NCBI GenBank assembly: GCA_050309605.1
Contig: JBNRMN010000045.1
Coordinates: forward strand, 1-33,254
Source of the DNA: Anaerohalosphaeraceae bacterium
GTDB lineage: Bacteria > Planctomycetota > Phycisphaerae > Sedimentisphaerales > Anaerohalosphaeraceae
Direction of reading: 5' to 3'
DNA length: 33,254 nt
The notes under the pieces: model-generated
The model's input: the letters and a program-made list of their open reading frames with translations, nothing else
What the model was told of the DNA's origin: nothing
Databases searched by the model: none
Part shown: positions 19,901 to 26,604 of the stretch, piece by piece
Layout: each line of letters opens with the position of its first letter
Numbering within the stretch: position 1 is the stretch's first letter
Program-made: the position numbers and the translations under genes

Positions 19901-20650
19901 GACCCCCAGCCCCCGCCACACGTCAACAATCATCCAGTACCACCCCTTCCACTTGAACACCTTCGGCCCTTCGCCCGGTCGGTCGCCGATGACCTTGCCC
20001 TTGTCCTGCCAGGTCAACAGATCGGGGCTTTCAGCGTAATAAATCGATTTGGCGTCGCTCTCATTATTGTACCACATCCGCCATGTGCCGTTGGGCATCT
20101 GAAAAACGCAGGCGTCGATGATCCGGTCCGAGGCCAGATCGAGCGTGGATCGATAGGTCCAATCGAACAGATTGTCACTGGTCAGATGAATGATGTCGCG
20201 CGTCCCTGACCAGTCGGTGTGCATCCCCGGCACAAACGTCAGATACATATGATACAGGCCGTCGTGATACACCACGTCCGGCGCCCAGTAGCTGAACTGC
20301 CCTTGGCCGTATCGGATATTGGCCTGTCCCCGATACGTCCAGGTCGCTCCGCCGTCGCGGGACACCGCGATCCCGATGGGGGTGCCGTGCACCCAGGACA
20401 CCCCCGGCAGATTCGGGACATTGGCCCGTCGGTTAGTATAGAACATAAACCACGCCTGCTCATCGCGATTCCAGCACACTACCGGGTCGGCCGCCCCGTC
20501 ATAGATCGGGTCACGAAACAACGGCTTGTCGGCAATGCCCCCCTGCATCGAAGCGGATAAGACGGCGGGAAACAAATGAGTGCAACTGAATACAAACAGA
20601 AAAACAGCAAAAAGTGATTTCATCTGTCGAGTTGATTTATCCAGACCCAT
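16910..20650 (-). CDS. Secreted bimodular glycoside hydrolase: GH43-like beta-propeller fused to a GH106-type alpha-L-rhamnosidase
   Basis: Signal peptide; DGAADPVV, WAPDV, IIDACV and GEGPKV propeller motifs; then RPWTRWWWLGSAVD, GGVEICPIYG, GTGWPFGG, FHDSFEY, RNQAHG, DIPETE, SESFTW and C-terminal SGLLGPIRL. Confidence 0.82.
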   Translation of the reverse strand: MGLDKSTRQMKSLFAVFLFVFSCTHLFPAVLSASMQGGIADKPLFRDPIYDGAADPVVCWNRDEQAWFMFYTNRRANVPNLPGVSWVHGTPIGIAVSRDGGATWTYRGQANIRYGQGQFSYWAPDVVYHDGLYHMYLTFVPGMHTDWSGTRDIIHLTSDNLFDWTYRSTLDLASDRIIDACVFQMPNGTWRMWYNNESDAKSIYYAESPDLLTWQDKGKVIGDRPGEGPKVFKWKGWYWMIVDVWRGLGVYRSKDGEDWTRQPQNLLETPGTGPDDQVKGGHPDVVVSGDRAYLFYFTHPGRHGPDADKDTTEQRRSSIQVVELHYQDGRLDCDRDAPTSIRLIPPLQTEIDATAALAWPAPTQENRPWTRWWWLGSAVDKENLTAQLTQFRQGGLGGVEICPIYGVKGYEDRHIDFLTSRWMDMLAHTTQEAQRLGLGVDLTTGTGWPFGGIGVTDETTSTAVSLNRYELENGGRLEEPLPAMPMRYVLAVSSEGQRVDVTDQVSGRRLDWQAPQGKWLIYAVGVRNRVQRVKRAAPGGEGYVLDPYSTTALDQYLGVFDKAFENFDAPLPRGHFHDSFEYYNATWTRDVFEVFKTLRGYDVRDHIEALFGDGDQEMAARVKSDYRRTMSDLHIAYIEQWTQWCHRYGGLSRNQAHGAPANLIDLYAAADIPETEIFRTVDQRQIPMLKFSSSAAHLTGRPYASSESFTWLGEHFQTSLAEIKAATDLLFLGGVNHLFFHGIPYSPQDVPWPGWQFYASVNMGPTGGLWKDLPAYNAYVTRCQSILQSGRPDNDVLLYWPLDDLWHSAEGLMMTLTIHNQDKWLWTSPFYQAAATLWEKGYPADYVSDRLLGKARWAEGAVELGSGRYRVVVVPPCRVMSPATLENVLSLARRGATVLFVDAPPQDVPGLSDIGNRRRILRRHLQTLGYFEPQRDSIWQRTVGSGRVMVGDLEKMLNAAGLRRESAVDSGLRMVRRTHSKGHHYFLAHLGDEPLDGWITLARSARSAALMDPMFEHRKGPAVVRQTPDGRTQVYLQIQPGQSLILRTFADAELTGPSWPYTRQAGSSYTLQGIWNVEFIDGGPTLPQSFETTELTCWTGRDDEQAQRFAGTGRYTLEFDPPNDPADSWRLDLGQVCETAKVYLNGVCLGTLICEPYAIEFDGALLHTGKNTLIVEVTNLPANRIRDLDRREVSWKYFLDINVVNIDYRPFDASDWPLRESGLLGPIRLIPHERLEADALAGRSPS

Positions 20651-21060
20651 CTGTGCATCCCTTTCTCTCGATCAACAAATCTCTTGCTCTTGTTTTCGCG
20701 AATTATACCTTCAATGCGTGATTGAGTGAAGTTTTTATTGTCCTGAAGCAAGCAGCGACAATTTGTTCCCGCGAGAACAATTCGCTTGATTTCGGGATTC
20801 ATTTCGGGTAACTTTCGCTAACGGATCGCCGCAATGTCGGCGTCATAAGCGTAAACTTTTTGTGTTTAACAGGTTATGTTTTTCCTCAGACGGGCTTGGA
20901 TTCCTTGAGGATATAAGGTTGTTTTCTGACTGAGAACGGCCTTTTTTTGTTGAAGTCAAGGGATGCCGTTCGGGCTGTAATTGGGTTAAAATACGGCGGT
21001 TGTGGTAAAAAACATCAAAAATAACTGGAAAAATGGTCATTTTGGGCTAAAATTCCACGA

Positions 21061-21555
21061 ATGAAATTTGTACTGATCGATAAAATCATTGAGCTTGAGC
21101 CGGGCCGATCGCTGACGGCGGTCAAAAGCGTCTCGCTGGCCGAGGAATATCTGGCGGATCATTTTCCGATTTTCCCGGTGCTGCCGGGGGTCTTGCTGCT
21201 GGAAGGGCTGATTGAATCGGCGTCGTGGCTGGTGCGGCAGCACGGCCGTTTTAGTCAAAGTATGGTGCTGCTGGAAAACGCACGAAACGTGCGATACAAG
21301 AGCTTTGCGGCCCCGGGGATGCAGATTCGCTACACCGTAACGGCCAAAACAATTGAAGAAAATACCAGCAGTTTTTCCGGACTGGGCGTGTGCGGCGACG
21401 AGGAGATTGTCGCGGCTCAATTGACGCTGCGGCATTTTAACCTGGCCGAGGAAAACCCGAAAATGGCTCACGCTGACGGCCAAATTATTGAGGCGATGAA
21501 AAAACGCTGGGCTTTGTTACAGCCTGAAGGCTGTCATCAAGTCCAAGATACATAA
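21061..21555 (+). CDS. 3-hydroxyacyl-ACP dehydratase, FabZ-like (first copy)
   Basis: FVLIDKI, KSVSLAEEYLADHFPIFPVLPGVLLLE hotdog-fold motif with His and Glu. Confidence 0.88.
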   Translation: MKFVLIDKIIELEPGRSLTAVKSVSLAEEYLADHFPIFPVLPGVLLLEGLIESASWLVRQHGRFSQSMVLLENARNVRYKSFAAPGMQIRYTVTAKTIEENTSSFSGLGVCGDEEIVAAQLTLRHFNLAEENPKMAHADGQIIEAMKKRWALLQPEGCHQVQDT

Positions 21556-21632
21556 TTTACGTCGGCCGACAGGCCGAACCACATTTGAGAGATGAGATTA
21601 AGTCTTTAATTTTGTAACGGAGGCACTACATT

Positions 21633-22025
21633 ATGGCAATGAGCCGTGAAGAAATTTATGAGCAGGTCAAGGAAGCCCTGGTTGACGCCCTGGGGCTGGA
21701 TGACGAGGATGTCACGCCGGAAGCGACCCTGATGGGCGATTTGGGGGCTGAAAGCATTGATTTTCTGGACATCGTGTTTCGTCTGGAAAAAGCGTTCGAC
21801 ATCAAGGTCCCGCGGGAAGAGTTGTTCCCCGCTGAGGGTGTACTGAGCAACTCCGAGTACGTCAGCGGCGGCAAGGTCACGGAAAAGGGACTGGCCGAGC
21901 TGCGGGCTAAAATGCCGCATACCGATCTGAGCGAGTTCGAAGCCGACCCGGATGTCAACAAAATCGCCGATCTGTTCACGGTGCAGGCGATTGTGAACTT
22001 CATCGAAAACAAGGTTAACGGCTAA
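21633..22025 (+). CDS. Acyl carrier protein, enlarged (about 130 aa)
   Basis: DLGAESIDFLDIVFRLEKAF (Ser41 attachment site); about 50 aa insert before the last helix FTVQAIVNFIE; GGAGG RBS. Confidence 0.9.
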   Translation: MAMSREEIYEQVKEALVDALGLDDEDVTPEATLMGDLGAESIDFLDIVFRLEKAFDIKVPREELFPAEGVLSNSEYVSGGKVTEKGLAELRAKMPHTDLSEFEADPDVNKIADLFTVQAIVNFIENKVNG

Positions 22026-22033
22026 AGAGAGAC

Positions 22034-22165
22034 AATTCGAAATTCGAATATCGAATTCCGAAACACTATCAAATGACCGAAACATTGATATTCATGCTAT
22101 TGTTTGGGTCATTTGGCTGTTGAATTTTGAATTCGTTTCGAATTTCGATTTTTGGTTTTCGGAAT
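22034..22165. repeat. Intergenic imperfect palindrome built from 7-bp repeats
   Basis: AATTCGA AATTCGA ATATCGA ATTCCGA ... AAATGACCGAAACA, mirrored by TGTTTGGGTCATTT ... GTTTCGAATTTCGATTTTTGGTTTTCGGAAT. Confidence 0.8.
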
Positions 22166-22172
22166 GTTTTGT

Positions 22173-22664
22173 ATGCGGTGGATATGGATCGACAAGTTTC
22201 TGGAATTTGAGAGCGGCCGACGGGCGGTGGCGCTCAAGAATGTCACCTTGGCCGAGGAACATCTGCACGATCATTTTCCGGGGTTTCCGGTCATGCCGGA
22301 ATGCCTGATGATCGAGGCAATGGCCCAGACGGCGGGTATTCTCGTCGGCGAGTCGCGGCGCTTTGAGGAAAAGGTCGTTCTGGCCAAGATCAAAAAAGCG
22401 GCGTTTTACCATTATGTTCGACCCGGCGACACCCTAACTCTGCACGCGGAAATCGAATCCATTGCGCCGGAAGCGGCAAGCACCGCAGGTGAAATTCGGC
22501 GCGGCAACGAACTGATCGCGCAAATCAGTCTGATGTTTAGCCACGTGGATAAAAATCTGGCGGGCAAAAAATTCCCGGAAGAGAATTTTGTGTTTACGGA
22601 TATGTTTCATTCGCTGCTGACCGGTTTTGTCGAGACCCATCCTGAAACGGAGCGGCCGCGATGA
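22173..22664 (+). CDS. 3-hydroxyacyl-ACP dehydratase, FabZ-like (second copy)
   Basis: MRWIWIDKF, KNVTLAEEHLHDHFPGFPVMPECLMIEAMAQTAG and VRPGD motifs. Confidence 0.88.
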   Translation: MRWIWIDKFLEFESGRRAVALKNVTLAEEHLHDHFPGFPVMPECLMIEAMAQTAGILVGESRRFEEKVVLAKIKKAAFYHYVRPGDTLTLHAEIESIAPEAASTAGEIRRGNELIAQISLMFSHVDKNLAGKKFPEENFVFTDMFHSLLTGFVETHPETERPR

Positions 22665-23977
22665 GTCGGCGTCGGGTTGTGATCACGGGGCTGGGCGTGG
22701 TTTCGCCGCTGGGACTGACAGTCGGCGAATTCTGGCAGGGCCTGCTCGAAGGCCGCTGCGGTATCGCAGCGATTGGCGCGTTCGACGCCTCTGAGTTTCC
22801 GTGCCGGCTGGCCGGCGAGGTACCGGAGTATAAACTTCGGGATTATGTCCCCAAATCCTATCGTAAGGCCACCAAGCTGATGAGTCGGGACATTGAACTG
22901 TCGGTCATTGCTGCCGATGAAGCATTCAAAAACGCCGGCGTAACCACCAAAGCCTCCGACAGCGGCTCGTTGACATTTGCCCCGACGCGCCTGGCCATCA
23001 GTTTCGGCGCGGGGTTGATCAGTTGCGATCTGAATGAGCTGGCCGCGTGCGCAGCGACCTCGGTAACCGACGGTAAATTTGATCTGCGAAAATGGGGCGC
23101 TGAGGGGATGGACAATCTGACACCGCTGTGGCTGCTGAAATACCTGCCGAACATGCTGCCCTGCCACGTGGGCATCATTCACGATATTCAAGGCCCCAGC
23201 AACACCATCACCTGCGGAGAAGTCAGCTCCCATATTGCGATTGCCGAGGCGGCCGAGATGATTCAGCGCGGCGACGCGGACGCGGCCGTCGGCGGCGGTG
23301 CGGAAGCCAAAGTCAACCCGATTGTGATGCTGCGGCAGTGCCTGCTTGGCCGTTCAACAACCCAATCCAACGAAACACCTCAAGCGGCCTGTCGTCCATT
23401 CGACGCAGCCGCCGCCGGTTCGGTCTTCGGCGAAGCCGGCGGTGCGATTGTGCTGGAAGAACTGACTTCGGCGCAGCGGCGAAACGCGCCGATTCTGGCC
23501 GAGTTTGCCGGCGCTGCTTCGGGCAATAGCTTCAACGCCGATCTGAGACACCTTGAGCCTGACGGCACGGGACTGGCCGTGACCATTGAGGCGGCTTTGG
23601 CCGAGGCAAACATTACACCTGAGCAGATTGATTTGATCATTCCGACCGGCACGGCCATTCCACAGGACGATCGCGCCGAAGCGGCGGCACTGCAGCGAGT
23701 GTTCGGCGAGAACCTGAACACGATGGATGTATGGGCCGTCAAGGGAATGACCAGCCATACGGGAGCGGCGGCCGGCGTGCTTGAAACAGCCGCCGCCATC
23801 AACGCCGCGGCACAAGACAAGATCGGTCCCAGTCGAAATGCCGAGCAGCCTGCGAAAGACTGCCGACTGAAGCTGACGCAAAACATCGTTGAAAAGCCTG
23901 TGCATCATGTGCTATGCTGCGGCTATTCGTTCGGGGGGCAAACCGCGGCGATTGTCATCAGAAAATTCGAGGCGTAA
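22661..23977 (+). CDS. Beta-ketoacyl-ACP synthase-like protein lacking catalytic residues (chain-length-factor-like)
   Basis: KAS fold motifs RVVITGLG, CRPFD, GEAGG and SFGGQ. The catalytic Cys position reads Glu (ITCGEVSS) and the first His reads Thr (PTGTAI). Confidence 0.85.
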   Translation: MSRRRVVITGLGVVSPLGLTVGEFWQGLLEGRCGIAAIGAFDASEFPCRLAGEVPEYKLRDYVPKSYRKATKLMSRDIELSVIAADEAFKNAGVTTKASDSGSLTFAPTRLAISFGAGLISCDLNELAACAATSVTDGKFDLRKWGAEGMDNLTPLWLLKYLPNMLPCHVGIIHDIQGPSNTITCGEVSSHIAIAEAAEMIQRGDADAAVGGGAEAKVNPIVMLRQCLLGRSTTQSNETPQAACRPFDAAAAGSVFGEAGGAIVLEELTSAQRRNAPILAEFAGAASGNSFNADLRHLEPDGTGLAVTIEAALAEANITPEQIDLIIPTGTAIPQDDRAEAAALQRVFGENLNTMDVWAVKGMTSHTGAAAGVLETAAAINAAAQDKIGPSRNAEQPAKDCRLKLTQNIVEKPVHHVLCCGYSFGGQTAAIVIRKFEA

Positions 23978-23986
23978 GAGGCTCAA

Positions 23987-25306
23987 ATGAAACATCGCGT
24001 TGTCATTACGGGAATGGGCGTTGTTTGTCCGCTGGGGCACAGCACCGACCAGTTGTGGAACGGCCTGATGTCCGGTCAATCCGGCGCCGACTATACCACG
24101 CTGTTTGACGCCTCGACCTTTCCGACGCAATTTGACGCCGAGGTCAAAGGCTTTGACCTGAGTCGGCATGTTCAGCGGTACGACCTGCATCAAGACGGCA
24201 ACCGCGGCACGCAGTTTGCGCTGGGGGCATGCGTCCAGGCCTGTCGCCAGGCGGGCATTGACATCGAAACCGACGCGCCGACCGACGGCATCGACCGACG
24301 GCGAATGGGCATCTATCTGGGCGCCGGCGAAGGGCCGGTCAATTTCGAGCCGTTTTTCGAGGCGCTGGTCGGCGGCTGGGACGAACAGGCTCGGCAGGTC
24401 AACTGGCCTCGCTGGACACAAATCGCCCTGTCGGGACTGTCAGCACAAAACGAGCTGGAACAGGAGCCGAATATGCCGGCTGCACATCTGGCGCTGCTGA
24501 CCGGTGCACGGGGCGTTACGCGGAGCTGTCTGACGGCCTGTGCCGCCAGTACGCAGGCCGTCGGCGAGGCGGCGATGCTCATCCGGCACGGCAAGGCCGA
24601 CATCATGATTGCCGGCGGTGCTCACTCAATGATTCATCCGCTGGGGGTGACCGGCTTTAACCGTCTGACCGCCCTATCGACACGCAATGACAGCCCCCAA
24701 ACCGCATCGCGCCCCTTCTCGGCTACGCGCGACGGGTTTGTCATCGGCGAAGGCGGCGCAATAGTCATCCTCGAAACACGCGAATCCGCCCAAAAACGCG
24801 GAGCAGCCATTCTGGCCGAGGTCATCGGATTCGGCAGCAGCAACGACGCCTTTCGCGTCACGGATATGCACGAAGAAGCCCGCGGCGCATGCCAGGCACT
24901 GCGTGCGGCGATTCAGGACGCCGGGCTGACGATTGAGGACATCGATTACATCAGCACCCACGGCACCAGCACCAGTGAAAACGACGCGGTTGAGACGCTG
25001 GCCATCAAAACCGTGTTCGGCCGGCAGGCTTACAAAGTCCCGTGCAGCAGCCCCAAAAGCCAGATGGGACACCTCATCGCGGCCACCGGCTGTGCGGAGC
25101 TGATTACCTGCGTGAAAGCCATACACGAGCAGACGCTGCCGCCGACAATGAACTTACATGATCCGGACCCGAAGCTGGATCTGGATTATGTGCCCAATGC
25201 GCCGCGCAAGGCCGCCGTGGAGATCGCACTGAACGAGTCGTTCGGTTTCGGCGGACAAAACAATGTCGTCATCATCAGACGTTATCATGAGGATTCGGAA
25301 GGATGA
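23987..25306 (+). CDS. fabF: Beta-ketoacyl-ACP synthase II family, catalytically intact
   Basis: Cys-His-His triad present: LTACAAS, STHGTST and KSQMGH; also SFGFGGQN. Confidence 0.88.
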   Translation: MKHRVVITGMGVVCPLGHSTDQLWNGLMSGQSGADYTTLFDASTFPTQFDAEVKGFDLSRHVQRYDLHQDGNRGTQFALGACVQACRQAGIDIETDAPTDGIDRRRMGIYLGAGEGPVNFEPFFEALVGGWDEQARQVNWPRWTQIALSGLSAQNELEQEPNMPAAHLALLTGARGVTRSCLTACAASTQAVGEAAMLIRHGKADIMIAGGAHSMIHPLGVTGFNRLTALSTRNDSPQTASRPFSATRDGFVIGEGGAIVILETRESAQKRGAAILAEVIGFGSSNDAFRVTDMHEEARGACQALRAAIQDAGLTIEDIDYISTHGTSTSENDAVETLAIKTVFGRQAYKVPCSSPKSQMGHLIAATGCAELITCVKAIHEQTLPPTMNLHDPDPKLDLDYVPNAPRKAAVEIALNESFGFGGQNNVVIIRRYHEDSEG

Positions 25307-26577
25307 TTGATATTAAATTGATTCGTGAGAATCCGCGCCTGTTCAAGGACGGCGCCGCTGCCAAGCGATTTGACGTAGATATTGACCGGCTGCTGGCGGT
25401 GGACGCGGCCCTGCTGGACAACAAAAAAAAGTTGCAGGACATTGCGACGGAAAAGAATCGGCTGGGCAAAGAAATCCCCCGGCTGTCTTCGGAAGCCAAA
25501 AAGGAGGTGCTCGATACCCTCAGCCGTCTGAAGGAACAGGAAGCAGCACTGAACGAAGAGGTCAAGCAGCTCCAACCGGAATTTGATGACCTGATCAGTC
25601 AGGTGCCTCAGCCGCCGGCACCGGAGGTGCCCTATGGTGAGGATGACACGCAGAATGTTGAGCTTCGCACGTGGGGATCGATTCGGGAGTTTGACTTTGA
25701 GCCGAAGGATCATATTCAGTTGGGCTTGGCGCTGGATATCATTGATACGGAACGCGGCGTCAAACTGGCCGGAACGCGCAATTATTTTCTCAAAGGAGAC
25801 GGCGCGCTGCTGCATTGGGCGGTGCTGCGATTTGCACTGGATCACATGGTCGCCCAAGGTTACCTGCCGATGTCCGTCCCCCTGCTGATGCGCGACGAGG
25901 CGATGCGCGGCACAGGCTATTTTCCCGGCTCTGAAGAGCAGACCTATCAGATGGAGCGGGACGGTCTGAATCTGGCCGGAACGGCCGAGGTACCGCTGAC
26001 GGCGTATTATATGGGTGAGATTCTGACCGAACAGCAGCTTCCGGCAAAATTCGTCGGCCTGAGCACTTGTTTTCGACGCGAGGCGGGCGCAGCCGGCAAA
26101 GACACCTACGGCCTGTATCGCATCCATCAGTTTGACAAGGTCGAGCAGGTCATCATCGGCGAAAACGACGAAGATAAAAGCAAGGCCTACCATCAGGAAA
26201 TATTGGCCAATTCCGAAGCGGTGATGCAGGCAATGAACCTGCCCTATCGCGTGGTCAATGTCTGCACCGGCGACCTGGGACGCGGACAGGTACAGAAATT
26301 CGACATTGAGACGTGGATGCCGTCTCGAAACAGCTACGGTGAAACGCACTCGGCCAGCCGTTTTTATGAATTTCAGGCACGTCGGATGAATCTGCGCTAT
26401 AAAACCGAGAGCGGCAAAAACGTCTTCTGCCATACGCTGAACAACACCGTGATTGCCTCGCCCCGCGTGCTGATTCCGATCCTTGAATTGTATCAAAACG
26501 CCGATGGCACGGTCATTATCCCGACTGTTTTGCGGCCGTATATGGGCGGAAAGGAACGCATCGAACCCAGATACTGA
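25303..26577 (+). CDS. serS: Serine--tRNA ligase
   Basis: MIDIKLIREN coiled-coil arm, GTAEVPL, CFRREAG, GLYRIHQFDKVE, KFDIETWMP and HTLNNT; ATGA overlap with the KS gene. Confidence 0.96.
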   Translation: MIDIKLIRENPRLFKDGAAAKRFDVDIDRLLAVDAALLDNKKKLQDIATEKNRLGKEIPRLSSEAKKEVLDTLSRLKEQEAALNEEVKQLQPEFDDLISQVPQPPAPEVPYGEDDTQNVELRTWGSIREFDFEPKDHIQLGLALDIIDTERGVKLAGTRNYFLKGDGALLHWAVLRFALDHMVAQGYLPMSVPLLMRDEAMRGTGYFPGSEEQTYQMERDGLNLAGTAEVPLTAYYMGEILTEQQLPAKFVGLSTCFRREAGAAGKDTYGLYRIHQFDKVEQVIIGENDEDKSKAYHQEILANSEAVMQAMNLPYRVVNVCTGDLGRGQVQKFDIETWMPSRNSYGETHSASRFYEFQARRMNLRYKTESGKNVFCHTLNNTVIASPRVLIPILELYQNADGTVIIPTVLRPYMGGKERIEPRY

Positions 26578-26604
26578 CACTGATCGCAGCAAGGAGAGAC
26601 CCGC

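Noticed and set aside
20651..21060. Riboswitch, sRNA or small ORFs in the 410-bp divergent spacer
   Set aside because: No recognisable aptamer or tRNA fold by eye and the small ORFs lack coding features; a covariance-model search would be needed to exclude an RNA.
22034..22165. Possible CRISPR array
   Set aside because: Units are 7 bp, adjacent and inverted, with no spacers and no cas genes.
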